Assembly: GCA_951406725.2 (NCBI GenBank)
Contig: OX597832.1
Coordinates: forward strand, 29,884,001-29,948,000
DNA: 64,000 bases
Reading direction: 5' to 3'
Source of the DNA: Octopus vulgaris
Lineage: Eukaryota
The notes under the pieces are model-generated. The model was not told the DNA's origin, made no database searches, and saw nothing but the letters and a program-made list of their open reading frames with translations. Of the stretch, positions 38,348-52,270 are shown piece by piece (position 1 is the stretch's first letter; every line of letters starts with the position of its first letter). The position numbers were made by a program, and so were the translations under genes.

Positions 38348-39145
38348 CGACGGTGAGTCAAAAAATAATGCCATTTTGTTTTGGACAGGTATAATTACCA
38401 AATTACCAACACAGGAACATGTATCATACATCAAAATGAAGCTGGTCCTCTGTGGATCACATCCCTACTTCTCAACATAGTCACCGTTTCTCTAAATAGC
38501 AATGTTCCACCTTCGAATGAGAGCATGTATCCCTGCCCCGTAGAATTCTGTTGACTGTGCTTTGAGCCACTTCTTCACTACAGTTTTCACTTCCTCATCA
38601 AGCCAAGTGATTCGGCAATGTTATAAGAACTTCCATGGCTCACTTCAAGGTTTTCTGCCAACTCAACAAGAGTTAAGCGCCTGTCTTCTCTAATCAGAGC
38701 ATCTGCTTTTGCTTCATTGGTAGAATTCACAGAAGCGGACGGACGGACGGACGGACGGACGGACGGACGGCCTGAATGGGGTTTATCGGCCACACTCACA
38801 GTTCCCACCTTTTCATCTTTCAGACGATGAACCCACCTGCATACATTGCTATAATCTAAAGTATTGTCCTCAAAGACATTTTGTAATCGTCGGTGAATGT
38901 TCACGGGGGTCCCCCCCCCCCCACAGCAACAAGAAATTCAATTACTGTTCTTTGTTTTTGAGGTAACTCTAAGGGGAGAGCCATTTTGAAATTTCCTTAC
39001 CAGTCTAAAAACCTGAAAAGTAAGAAACAAAATATTTCAGAACGTAAATGATAGAATCATTTATAACTGGGAAAATCTTCAGTTATTTTTATCAAAAACT
39101 TCAGATGAAATAAAGAAAATGGCATAACTTTTTGACTCACCCTCG
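38348..39145 (-). mobile_element. Internally deleted Tc1/mariner element
   Basis: TA|cgacggtgagtcaaaaaataatgccattt ... aaatggcataactttttgactcaccctcg|TA TIRs; minus strand encodes HTH region (IHRRL..SGRPS..IREDRRLT) and C-terminus (EEVKTVVKKWL...RRWNIAI*RNGDYVEK). Confidence 0.9.
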
Positions 39146-39429
39146 TATAAAGTGATGTTATCAAATATATTTAATGAAATATTTAAAATAAAAACTCATA
39201 AATCTTACAAGAAAATATCAAAACTTGTTGGTGGAGTGCTGAGGTGTTTATAGCTAATGATGAAACCTTCAGCTAATGTTGAAATAATGATAAACGACAC
39301 AATTAATTTTGTCTGATTCTGGTTTATTTTCATCTTCTCAAAAATTTTAGCTCATTTTAAATTACTCACAGAAGAACTTTCTTAGTTTGGACTTTGAGAT
39401 TTGCAGCTCTTGGTGAATTAATGGGTTAA

Positions 39430-39653
39430 CCCTTTAGTGTTCACATTATTCTGCCAAAATGAATGCTTTTTTTTTATCCACATTGTTTTGAACTAATCAT
39501 GCATTATCTTGTAGCTATGAGATTTTGATGAGGTAGCTGTTAATTTTTAAAATGATATTGTAGGGTTGGTGTGAGAGACCAGATCTGGCCAGTTTGAACA
39601 TAAAACAGGCAGAATACTTTTGGCCGGATATGGCCGGTTTAAATGCTAACGGG
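39430..39653. mobile_element. piggyBac-type MITE
   Basis: TTAA|ccctttag...ctaacggg|TTAA. Confidence 0.7.
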
Positions 39654-39667
39654 TTAAAGGGCTTTAA

Positions 39668-39879
39668 CCCTTTCATTACCAACCCGGCTCTGGCTCTGTA
39701 GTACAAATGTCTTGTTTTCATAAGTTTTGAATTAACATCTTCCACCAAACCTTAGTCACAATTTATGTTCCTAACACTACCTGAATGATAACTAAGTTAT
39801 TTTACTAAATTCTTTGTTATATTTAAAATTAATTGAAAGAAACACAGAGCCTCTCAAAATAAATACGGTAACAAAAGGG
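39668..39879. mobile_element. piggyBac-type MITE, second family
   Basis: TTAA|ccctttcattacc...ggtaacaaaaggg|TTAA; same family at 54786, 55051, 62192. Confidence 0.8.
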
Positions 39880-40639
39880 TTAAGAACTATCTGGGAGATC
39901 AGAGAAAGGGGTGGATGGCTAAGTCCATCAAGGAGCGGATGGATAAGTCCACCAAGCAGGCATTCTTGATTTAGTAGAGTAGAAGGTGTAGTAGAGTCAG
40001 AGGGTTGTGCTTAGAGGTTAAATAGCCAGGTAAACTAATGGTTGTAAGGTAGTTGTGAGTAGATCTTTCAGCTGAATGACAGTCTCCGAGATGTCAGTGT
40101 GTGTGTGTGTGTGTGTGTGTGTGTACCAGTTGGATCCTTCAAATATGAGCCTTATAGTTCTCCGTATGTGAGTGGTACCCTCCTTCCTATGTGAACTACT
40201 ACAATGACAATTGCATTTCAACATTGCAATGTCACTAGAACTAATTTGTGCAAACCACATCTGCTGACGCTGTTTCAATCTCTGTACAAATCCAGCTGAA
40301 ATTTGAATTTTATTTTAATCACTTGATCAAACAGGTACCAGTTACATCCTGGTGTCAAATTCTAATGATAGTTACAGTTTATTTCGTTAAACAAAACTGT
40401 CTTCAGCTGTACAGCTTCAGACAAAATGTTTTGTGGAATTTCTTTTGGTGTTTTATGTTCTGTGTTCAAACTCTTTCAAAGCCAACTTTGCCTTTCATAA
40501 GCTACAGGGATTAATGGTTCCGACCAAGCCCTTCCCTTTAAAATTGCCTGCCATGTGGAAGAGCTGTGTTAGAATACGCAGTAAAGTCATTGTAATAGTG
40601 TTGGAAACCACAGAAGTGAAAGCAGTCATCGGCGGTGGC

Positions 40640-40915
40640 GGCATCGTCATCGTTTAACGTCCACTTTCCATGCTGGCATGGGTTGGACGATTTGACTGAG
40701 GGCTGTCGAACCAGATGGCTGCCCCAGGCTCCAATCTTGATCTGGCAGAGTTTCTACAGCTGGATGCCCTTCCTAACGCCAACCACTCCGAGAGTGTAGT
40801 GGGTGCTTTTTACTTGCCACCGGCACAGGGCCAGTCAGGCGGTACTGGAAATGACCTCGCTCGAATCTTTTTACACATGCCACCGGCACAGGTGCCAGTA
40901 AGGCGACGCTGGTCA
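40640..40915 (-). mobile_element. (GAT)n-tailed retroposon copy
   Basis: catcgtttaacgtccactttccatgctggcatgggttggacg... Confidence 0.7.
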
Positions 40916-41456
40916 GATCCATTTATTGGTTGGCAGTAAGATCATCCCACTGTCTACCTTTGATAAGGCAGGGTAAGTAATATTCTTCTGTCCATAGCTA
41001 TTGAGAAAATGGCTGTGTGACGGACAAGGCTGAAAGAATTGAAGACAGACACCTTCCTCCTTAGTGTATCCCTCATCAACTTTTATAAGTTCCATTTTGA
41101 AAAGAAAGTGAGGATAGAGAAGAAAATGACCCCCTACCTCACTCCACCCCCATGGAATTTGTCAAAAGGTGGCTGTTTGTGGTGAAAACGGTTAAGGTAA
41201 ATGGAGCTTCCCTAAATGCAATTATAGGCTGGAGACAACAGTTGGGTAAGAGCTTGTGCTCTTTGTGGTTAGGTTGAACCAAGATTGGTAGGGTTCCTTG
41301 ATTAGTCCTTGTTGGAGGAGGTAGTTAAATGCTGTCAGCTCCACTCCTCCATGAATTGAAAAGTGCATATCTTCCCATCTCCATCGCTGTTCGGTTAGGG
41401 TCAGGGTTTTTTATGCAACCACATCAATATCCCTACATATATATATATATATATAT

Positions 41457-41868
41457 AGGAGTGGCTGTGTGGTAAGTAGCTTGTTTACCAACCACATGGT
41501 TCCGGGTTCAGTCCCACTGCATGGCACCTTGGGCAAGTGTCTTCTACTATAGCCTCGTGCCGACCAAAGCCTTGTGAGTGGATTTGGTAGACGGAAACTG
41601 AAAGAATCCCGTCGTATATATGTATATATGTATATATATATGCGTGTATGTGTTTGTGTGTCTGTGTTTGTCCCCCTTGCATTGCTTGCCATCCGATGCT
41701 GGTGTGTTTATGTCCCCGTTACTTAGCGGTTCGGCAAAAGAGACCGATAGAATAAGTACTATACTTACAAAAGAATAAGTCCTGGGGGTCGAGTTGCTCG
41801 ATTAAAGGCGGTGCTCCAGCATGGCCGCAGTCAAATAACTGAAACAAGTAAAAAGAGACAAAAGAGAT
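41457..41868 (+). mobile_element. Near-full-length CORE-type SINE with internal (TA/TG)n
   Basis: Same head as 21738; tail ggtgctccagcatggccgcagtcaaa..ctgaaacaagtaaaa. Confidence 0.85.
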
Positions 41869-42072
41869 ACCGGTAATGACATTCAGTTATTGATTTGATC
41901 TTAGAGAAATAATTTTGCTGTGTTTGCGCAATAAATAATTATTGTCATCTTTATTTACCGTTATTTTACAGTTTAAATCAAAACAAATCTTTTAATTTTT
42001 TGTATTATTTTGCCATTCAAGATTTTGATTCAATATTTTTTTTCTTTTTTTTTTTTCTTTCTATTTGTGCAG

Positions 42073-42203
42073 GTTGTAAAGTGAATGGCACCATGTATTA
42101 CACAGAACACTTCAGCTTTATTCATAAATGTGTCTTGTATAATTGTTCATGTAAGAATGGTAAACATACTTGTCCATCTAAGCTAAGCAGTAAGATTTGT
42201 TGA
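42073..42203 (+). CDS. Terminal exon, one 6-Cys module ending in Cys-stop
   Basis: poly-T tract, gtgcag|GTTGTAAA; (G)CKVNGTMYYTEHFSFIHKCVLYNCSCKNGKHTCPSKLSSKIC*; phase matches the giant-exon donor. Confidence 0.85.
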
Positions 42204-42465
42204 GAAAATTGAAAGACCAAAGAAGAAGAAAATGCAAAGAACTTAACAAATACGACTGACTTGGCATAAAGTCGTCAACTGAAAATGTCATTATTTGAAA
42301 AATTATGGACAAAATTAGAAAATCACAAAGAAAAATGAAAAGCATTTCATCATTAATCATCCGAAATTGGAAAAAAAAAAAACCAAAACAAAATCAGTTT
42401 AAAAAATATAAAATGACGAATATTAATTTGGTTTGAAACATTCCCACGTTTTCAAATGGTAATTA

Positions 42466-42475
42466 AATAAATAAA
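42466..42475 (+). terminator. Overlapping AATAAA polyadenylation signals of the giant gene
   Basis: AATAAATAAA about 260 nt after the stop, followed by a T/GT-rich tract at 42496-42530. Confidence 0.65.
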
Positions 42476-42809
42476 ATTAAGAAAACATTTCATTGAGTTG
42501 TTTTTTTTTTTCCTGTGGTTGTTGCTGTTTTCAAATATTTAGAAAAACTATTTCTGTTATATTTGAATGTGTGTATGTGTGTGTATATATATATATATTT
42601 ATATATATATATATATTTAAGAAGGTGAATGAATTATCCTAGTGTGGATAATTCAGTTAATCGATACCTGAGTAGCAAATTCACGTCAGTAAAACACAGT
42701 TGAAGCTACATGCCAAGGGCAGAACCCGTGTTTGTGTGTGGGAATTTGTGTGATTTTTTTACATGAATAAACGAAAAGAATAAAATCTTCGTTCGACTCC
42801 ATTCTTTTC

Positions 42810-42847
<38 letters not shown>

Positions 42848-43162
42848 TATTAATTTAGAGATCAAACCACTATTAGGCAAATCAAACAGTGAAAATCATA
42901 AGCCAATACATAGAAATAAAATTAATTAATAAAATATATAAAAAATATAAAATATAAAATTCCAAATAAAAATATTTAAATTAAAGTTAAGATTTTTAAA
43001 ATTATTTAAATTAATAATTTAAACTTATGAATTTTAAATATATATATATATATATTATTATTATTTTATTTATTTATTTATTTTGTTTATTTTTTTAAAA
43101 AATTATATAACTATCAAAAAGTATTAAAAGTTTAATATAAGATAAAGAGTAAAACCACTATG

Positions 43163-43219
<57 letters not shown>

Positions 43220-43375
43220 ATGTATGTATTTGCATATGTGTGTGAATATACACATGTTTGTATGTATGTGTATGTATGCATGAGTGTATGTATAAATTCA
43301 TGTCTAAATCTGTGTCTACATGTGTGTATGTGTTTTTTCTCCATCTTCCCTTCTCTGGATCTTTCCTTTTCCTAT

Positions 43376-43410
43376 GTTTCTGACGAAGAGCTCCACTCGA
43401 AACGTAAAAC
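43376..43410 (+). ncRNA. Minimal type-I hammerhead ribozyme motif with intact core, in a Penelope-like remnant (about 43330-43513)
   Basis: guuu CUGACGA a gag[cucca]cuc GAAAC GUA aaac. Confidence 0.78.
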
Positions 43411-43509
43411 CCTCCTTCTTCCCTTCCTTCCTGAGCGTCCAATAATACTATGTTTGTTCCACGTCCTCGCGTTGCTGTGTCTTCTCTTTGTGCTTTCATG
43501 TTTGGATTA

Positions 43510-43553
<44 letters not shown>

Positions 43554-44190
43554 TGTATGTGTGCATGCATGAGTATGTGTGTATCTATGTGTATATATAT
43601 GTGTGTGTGTGTATGTGTGTATGTAAGTACATATGTGTGTGTGTGTGCATCTTTGTGTATACACCTGTGTGTGGTGTTTTATTCAGAACTTCCCTTCCTT
43701 TCAGCGAATGGTGAACAGAAACTATAAAGAGAAAACAGAGCTTGACTCAAATGCCTTGCTTGTTTGGTTTCTCGCACTCTTCAGAGACTGACCAGCATAG
43801 AATATATGGTAAAAGGTAATGCCACAACAGTAAATTTATATGTACCAGCAGAAGTTATGACACAAGACCTCTTCCAGCCTAAATGTCTCAATAATTCAAC
43901 GGGGCTAAACGACTGATACCAACTTCCGAAAGTTTATGAAGTATGGCCTCGAATGAGACAGAGATTCAGACAGGACAAAAAGCAACCCCTTTCACTTAAA
44001 ATAATAGGAATAATCCTAATACTCAGCTGGTCCTTATTTTATGGACCCTAAAGGGATGAATTGCAAAGTCAACCTCGGTGGAATTTGAACTCAGAATATA
44101 AAGATAAACGAAATACCACCCAGCATTTCACCTAGTTTTGCTAACGATTCTGCCAGCTCGCCACCTTATCAATAATAGTAATCATAATAA

Positions 44191-44555
44191 ACAAAAGCAC
44201 TCAGAGAACACAAACCTCCACCAAGGCAACACCAGTTCCCTCTCAACGATTAACCAGAGACGATTTTTAAAATGAGAATATCTGAAATAAACTCGATGGC
44301 TCTAACAAACAAGAATAGTAAAAATGAACTCGACTGCTCTCAAAAATTAAGTAAAAGAAAAACGGGAAAATAATCCAGAATCCTAGTCTGGTACCCAATC
44401 GATCCCAAAATCTAATCAGTTCGTGCCAGGCACAAGGCCAAACATCCCTGAAAGTTTCATCCAAATCCATCCAGTGGTTCTTGAGATATCTTGTCCACAG
44501 ACAAATAAACACAACTGAAAATAATATCTCCGCCTTCACTAAGGCAGAGGTAATA
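44191..44555. mobile_element. Possible Helentron/DINE-like non-autonomous element
   Basis: aacctccacc near one end and hairpin ctccgcctt-cact-aaggcagag at the other; family assignment is inference. Confidence 0.4.
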
Positions 44556-46373
44556 AATAAGGTTTGAGCTAAGCCTGTTGTAGAAATAGCATTAAACCTT
44601 TAATTATTGAATTAAAGTCGTTTTTGTGCTAAATGTGTTATTATCATCATTATAATTTAATGACCCTTTTTCCATGCTTACATGGACTGGATGGTTGAAC
44701 ACAAACTGATGAGCTAGAGGGCTGTGTCAGGCTCCAGTGTCTACTTAGACCTGGTTTCTACAGTGGGACGCCCTTCCTAATGTCAGCCATTTCACAGAGT
44801 GGGCTGGATGTTTTTGTCATGACACCAGCACTGTTGAGGTCCCCAATTACCAAAGTATTAAAGAATGTGAAAGTATGATAGAACGAGAGGAGCACATGCC
44901 TTGCTGAAGAGATGAATGCATGGAGAGAGAAAGATGTGAGGTCAAGGTACAAAGTGAAGAGGAACGAGATAACAGGGGCAGAAAAGGTGAGTACAGTGCA
45001 CTAGAGTGAAAAGAGTATAGTGGGATTGAGGTAAAAATACTGTCAACACATGACCTGCCGAAATAGATATGGCAATTCAGTGTTTTATACAACTAAAAAG
45101 TATTTCATATTGAGATTAGCTGAATCAGAGAAGAATACTGCTTCTACCATAATTGAACTCTGTTTGAAGAAAGCACAAGAATGGCTTAGTTTGTCCTAAG
45201 GGAAAAGAAAACCAGAAACAGCCTGCTCTTGTTGCTGTCCAACAAACAGAAAGAAATAGCTTTCATTTCTGTTTAAAATGCCAGTATTTGGCTGAGAGGG
45301 TCTGTTCTCTGACTGGGGCAATAAACCAGTGAAAATGGTGAATGATTAAAACTATTCTTGACAAATATGCATTAATCCATTAATATCGCATGGTCAAGTG
45401 ACCAACCAGGCTGTCAGATGTTGTTATACATCGCTGGTCACAATGCGCTTTTGCATTGTTTTAGCCTTCAAATGACACCACTCGGCTGGGTAGGCAAGCG
45501 GGTCAAACATTTCCCACTGATTGAAAGCAAGACTAGAGCATCATGAAAGAACACAATGAGATGCTTAGTCAAAGAATTGAACCCACAATCTAACGATCAT
45601 GAGTGCAACACCCTAACTACTAGGCCACGTGCCTTCACCATTAACATATGATATTTTATATATGTAACTGCATACGTGTTGTGTGTGTGTGTGTGTGTGT
45701 GTGTGTTATATGTCTGAGTCTATTTGGGTATATTTGCAAGCAGTAGTGTGTATGGGCATGAGCATGTTAATGTGTATCTGTTTGTCTGTGTGGGGTATGT
45801 GGCTGGAGGCACCCGTCAATGGAGATGCCACATACCCACGTAGCATTAATTTGTTACACCCAAATGGCCACCAAAAGTGTTATCTGCACACTCGCCCCTC
45901 CCCACTCTCATAAACCCACATAGGTGCAACCTCTTTCTCTGGTCTGCGGTTCACCCCTATTTTTGCCCAACACCAGTCCACCTTTGTGGTTGTGGGACCG
46001 TAGTCCTTCCACTTCTCCTACTAGATTTGTACCTCACAGGTATTTAAACTTGTTTACCGCTTGTTTGAATTGTATTTCACACTCCTCTATCAGCGGTGGT
46101 GTTTCTTTATGCATGGTACCCTTATGAGGTGCATCTACAAATTGAATAAGGGGGTACCAAGTACCAGCACATGTTCTGTTTTTCTCTCCTTTGAGATGTG
46201 TTCTCTATATTACGTTATAATCCACATCAGACTGTGCAGAACTCCATTGTGAATATGCAACGATGGGAGTTTAAAGAGGATTAAAAGTAAGAACCAAAAC
46301 TGGAATGGAATAACTTTCGCTCACAGAATATCCAATCATGCATCTACATCTCATTCAGAGATTTATTATTGCT

Positions 46374-46754
<381 letters not shown>

Positions 46755-46757
46755 CGT

Positions 46758-47175
46758 AGGCGTAGGAGTGGCTGTGTGGTAAGTAGCTTGCTTACCAACC
46801 ACATGGTTCTGGGTTCAGTCCCACTGCGTAGCACCTTGGGCAAGTGTCTTCTACTATAGCTTTGGGCCGACCAAAGCCTTGTGAGTGGATTTGGTAGACG
46901 GAAACTGAAAGAAGCCCATCGTATATATGTATATGTGTATATATATGTGTGTGTGTGTGTGTATATTTGTGTGTCTGTGTTTGTCTCTCCAACATCACTT
47001 GACAACCAATGCTGGTGTGTTTATATCCCCGTAACATAGCGGTTTGGCAAAAGAGTCCTATAGAATAAGTACTGGGCTTACAAAGAATAAGTCCTGGGGT
47101 CGATTTGCTCAACTAAAGGTGGTGCTCCAGCATGGCCACAGTCAAATGACTGTAACAATTAAAGAGTAAAAGAGT
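46758..47175 (+). mobile_element. Full-length CORE-type SINE
   Basis: Homologous to 41457-41868. Confidence 0.85.
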
Positions 47176-47476
47176 ATATGGTTCCAGTAAATTCAGAGTT
47201 TAGTAGTCTGTCTGCCATTAATTGATTTATCACCATTAACTGGAATACAGTTGACAATTCCCAGTGGATTTAATTCTAAATGGTTGAAGATTGCAGTCGA
47301 CATATTTCTCTTCTAAATATAAGCAACTAGGATATCATTCTTTCCATCCTGACTCCCACTATTTTTCCTCTGCTGCTCTCTAAATTATAGAAGGCTTGAC
47401 GTGGCATGCATTATTTTCTAAACTCATTTTACCACAAACATGACAAATGAAACAATGTAAATATTTTGAGTTCCAT

Positions 47477-47710
47477 TCATCATCATCATCATCGTTTAAC
47501 GTCTGCTTTCCATGCTGGCATGGGTTGGACAATTTGACTGAGGACTGGCAAACCAGATGGCTGCACCAGCCTCCAATCTTAGTCTGGCAGAGTTTCTACA
47601 GCTGGATGCCCTTCCTAACGCCAACCCCTCCGAGAGTGTAGTGGGTACTTTTTACATGCCACCAGCACAAGGGCCAATCAGGCAGTACTGGCAATGGTCA
47701 CGCCCAAATT
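47477..47710 (-). mobile_element. (GAT)n-tailed retroposon copy
   Basis: (cat)n cgtttaacgtctgctttccatgctggc... Confidence 0.7.
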
Positions 47711-47764
47711 GATGTAAATATGTTTTAAAAAATGGTTATATCTTTATGTTTGAAGTCTATGTGG

Positions 47765-47848
47765 TCATCTGATGAGAATGGTTTCTTTCAAATTGAGGTA
47801 ATGTTTTCATTAATCAATTAAAGGAGTCACTTGAAACGGCCGTAATGG
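47765..47848 (+). ncRNA. Hammerhead ribozyme motif with long stem II and palindromic stem III
   Basis: ucau CUGAUGA [57-nt hairpin] GAAAC GGCC GUA augg. Confidence 0.72.
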
Positions 47849-47889
47849 ATTGACACCTGTACCTCTTTGTTACTCATTTATATATACAC

Positions 47890-48290
47890 TTTTACTTGTT
47901 TCAGTCATTTGACTGTGGCCATGCTGGAGCACCGCCTTTAGTTGAGCAAATCGACCCCAGAACTTATTCTTTGTAAGCCTAGTACTTATTCTATTAGTCT
48001 CTTTTGTCGAACCACTAAGTTATGAGGGCGTAAACACACCAGCATCAATTGTCAAGCGATGTTGCAGGGACAAACACAGACACACAAACATATACACACA
48101 CATACATATATACATACATATACACACATATATACATATATACGACTGTTCGGCAAAAGAGACCAGTAGAATATGTACTTGGCTTTAAAAAAAATTACTC
48201 CAGGGGCCCAAAATGTTAAATCTAAACCTTTCAAGGTGGTGCCCCAGCATGGCTGCAGTGAAACGACTGAAACAAGTAAAAGATAAGGTA
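47890..48290. mobile_element. Two SINE 3' halves in opposite orientation
   Basis: Minus-strand tail at 47890-48110, plus-strand related tail at about 48148-48290. Confidence 0.65.
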
Positions 48291-49632
48291 AGATGTATAC
48301 ATGCTTAGTCTGACAAAGGAGACGGACTCAAAAGTGGGGAAATATTGAGTGACCCTCCAATCAATGTTTATTCATATACAAACTAGCCCCTGTCCTCTCA
48401 AAAATGACAGCTAAATGTAGTATTTTATGTATAAATAAGGACAAAAGATAGAATATGGAGGGTAAATCAAATTAATATGCTTGTCAATGTTACCTAGTGG
48501 TTGTCTTTTGAGATGTGACATCGATCATCGTCTGTTACTTCAAGAACACTGGTTCACACATACAAACATTCACATATTTCCCTTGTACAAGGACACACAT
48601 ACTCACAGAGTTGAAACGCTGTTTGATTTTTTTCTCTTCCGCGTTGAATGTTCATCATCCCATTTCCATTGCACACACACACACATTCACATACCTCCCT
48701 TTTACATACACACACACACACATACACACACACATATACTCACACAGAGTTGAAACACTGATTGATCTTTTCTTTTCACCATAGAATTTCCATCATCCCT
48801 CTGTCTGTTTGCCATCGCCCCTTCTTTCCTTCCTTATTCATCTATCACACCTTCCTTTCTCATTCATGTTGTGACAGAGAAAAACACAAGAGTATTACTA
48901 TAGTAGGTGTAACCATACATTAAAATAAACACACACACATACACACACACAAATATATGTATAAACGGCCATAAGGGAAAACAAGTGATTATAACTAATC
49001 GATCCCAGTGCATAACTGGTACTTATTTTATCGACCCCGAAAGGATGAAAGGCAAAGTCGACCTCGGCAGAATTTGAACTCAGAACGTAACGGCAGACGA
49101 AATACGGCTACGCATTTCGCCCGGCGTGCTTAACGTTTCTGCCAGCTCGCCTTTAACAGTAGTACCACTAATACACTGTGGCCTATACTGCAGTCCCATT
49201 AGTATATAGTAACTTCTATAGTTCCACTAATAAACTGTAACATTTAATATAGCCTGCCTCGAAAAGCGATCACTTCTGGTTTTCTGTTAACACAACTCCA
49301 CTGGTGTTGCGCTCCTATGATCCTGTTTGGGAAGACATAAACACTACAATATTCTAAATCCGGAATTCACAGAAATATAAAGCTTTTATTAAAAGCCAAA
49401 GATAAACGAGTCTTTAATTGCCTTAAACTCAATTTAGTCTGCATGAGTTACTAGAGTAACCTCCCTTTAACTCAATTAATTAATCTAATTTTAATCAATT
49501 ATTTTTTTACCAAAAATATTTCGTTATTTTTTAGTTGAAGTCTAAAATTCTCAAAGGTCCAAAGGTCCGATCGAGATAAATATTATTCTTTTCGAATTTT
49601 TCTTCCTTTTTTTTTTATTTTTAAATAAATTA

Positions 49633-49663
<31 letters not shown>

Positions 49664-49672
49664 AACGGCAGA

Positions 49673-49751
49673 GGGCGTGGTTAAAGAACTTCCGGTTCCT
49701 ACTACATAACATCCGGTTCGAGTCCAAACCCGGGTTTGACGAACTGTGAGT
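49673..49751 (+). promoter_or_regulatory. Candidate promoter and non-coding first exon of the SAM gene
   Basis: Locally CpG-rich; GC box gggcgtgg (49673), ETS-type acttccggt (49688) and acatccggt (49709), donor act|gtgagt at 49746. Confidence 0.5.
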
Positions 49752-49968
49752 ATTTTTTTCCCCTTTAAATCCTTTCCCGGTCGTATTTCTTCCAGATAAT
49801 CCCTCTTTTCGCCCTCAATAAGACCAGTCTTTATCCTAAGCTGCTACTTAAACCGAAATTACGACATTAACAATAGATTTTATGGCATTTCACCTCCCCA
49901 CTTGCTCTTCAGAATTGCTTCCTACTGCCATCTATACGAATATATATATATGTTTGTATGTATGTATG

Positions 49969-50021
<53 letters not shown>

Positions 50022-50706
50022 CTTGTACATGTCTTTTGTATATGTCTGTGTCGGTAGTTGTCAGTGTGTGTGTGTATTATTCTCTAGATGTGTCTGTGGA
50101 GTTTACCCTTATCCCGACCTCTTCAGTTTAATCTTGGGTCAACCTCGAATAAAACAATTCTGTGATTAAAACCATTCCAGACATGGTCATATCACCCGTT
50201 CGTGTATATCTAGGACTACACCCTGCAGTGTGTCATTGCTTGTTTAAAGCGGCCAAAGGAGATTTGGCTGCTGTTTCTCGCATGACAAGCGGCCACATAA
50301 GAGTCCTGTTGTTGTTGAGCTGTGGTTTATTGTAATCCACTCGGGGGTTTTACTGTTCACAGTTGACAAATACCAGGAAAACAATGAGAGTGATATAACC
50401 GACCATACATCATCGTTCTTTGTATAACTGACCTTGTTATTGGAACAAAGACTATGGAATTACACTGTTGTTCTTCGACATAATTGGAATCTGGTGTTTA
50501 GAATCACCTGATTATTGTATTTACTTTGATATTACGGTGTTCTCATTTCAAGACATCCACCACCCCCCACCCCACCCCAAACCTATCCACTAACTACTAT
50601 TGTCTGCAAGAATTCATTGACCGATTTACCTAAACTGTTATAGTAAAGATACCATAAATGGATTTATCATTGTGTAAACAGGTCGGAATTCGTGATTTCA
50701 AATCCT

Positions 50707-50943
50707 TACTCTCTTTTACTCTTTTTACTTGTTTCAGTCATTTGACTGCGGCCATGCTGCAGCACCGCCTTTAGTCGAGCAAATCGACCCCGGGTCTTAT
50801 TCTTTTTGTAAGCCCAGTACTTATTCTATCGGTCCCTTTTGCCGAACCGCTAAGTGACGGGGACGTAAACACACCAGCATCGGTTGTCAAGCAATGCTAG
50901 GGGACAAACACAGACACACAATCACACACACACACACACACGC

Positions 50944-50978
<35 letters not shown>

Positions 50979-51136
50979 CGACAGGCTTCTTTCAGTTTCC
51001 GTCTACCAAATCCACTCACAAGGCATTGGTCGGCCCGAGGCTATAGCAGAAGACACTCGCCCAAGATGCCACACAGTGGGACTGAACCCGCAACCATGTG
51101 GTTGGTTAGCAAGCTACTTACCACACAACCACTCCT
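50707..51136 (-). mobile_element. Near-full-length CORE-type SINE
   Basis: Reverse complement of the 41457 family. Confidence 0.85.
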
Positions 51137-51765
51137 GTTTTTATTCTCTATCTGTGCAACACACTTAATCCCCACCCCCTACTGTCTGAAATAAATACTA
51201 AATCATTTGAAAATGTTAACTCCTCAATTTTTATATGGTTCTAGAGGGATGATTTTTCTCGAGGGCTTTCGCAGGCTCTCCCTAAACTTACTTTCTGGGC
51301 AGACATTTATCACACATTTACTTAATACAGTGAGTCCAGAACTAAATCTCAACTCTTATTTTTAGCCTGTCAGACTGGAAGGGTCAGCCGTTTATCATCT
51401 AAAAGGTTGTGGGTTTCATTTCTTAACTTCGTTTGGATCTCTGCTGTAAGATATTTAATTCTACAGTGCCCCCCACTCTCTACAGCCGAGAGAATGGATT
51501 CCAGGATTTCTGGAATGTTCCTTTTATTCATGAAAACTCAATAGCACCCAATCAGCAAAACATGAAAATCAGTTTCCATTAGTTGCTGTATTTTATACAA
51601 AGCTTTGGGCGTGGCAATGTTGTGAAGAACTTCATAGCCATGTGGTCCTAGGTTCGGTCCCACTGTATGGCACCGTGGATGAGGGTTTTCAATCCTAATC
51701 TCAAATTGGCCAACATAGTTTGACAGACAGAAAACTGTATAGAAGCCTGGAAATGTCGTTTTCTT

Positions 51766-51789
<24 letters not shown>

Positions 51790-51822
<33 letters not shown>

Positions 51823-52270
51823 ATATATGTATGTATGTATATATATATATTGATATATGTATGTATGTATATATATATATTGATATATGTATGTATGTAT
51901 ATATATATATTGATATATGTATGTATATATATATATTGATATATGTATGTATATATATATATTGATATATGTATGTATGTATATATATATTGATATATGT
52001 ATGTATATATATAATGATATATGTATGTATGTATATATATATATTGATATATGTATGTATATATATATATTGATATATGTATGTATGTATATATATATAT
52101 TGATATATGTATGTATGTATGTATATATATATATATTGATATATGTATGTATGTATATATATATATTGATATATGTATGTATGTATATATATATATATTG
52201 ATATATGTATGTATGCATGTATATATATATATTGATATATGTATGTATGTGTATATATATATATATATGT
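51790..52270. repeat. (TA)-derived minisatellite (atatatatattgatatatgtatgtatgt)n
   Basis: Seen directly. Confidence 0.9.
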
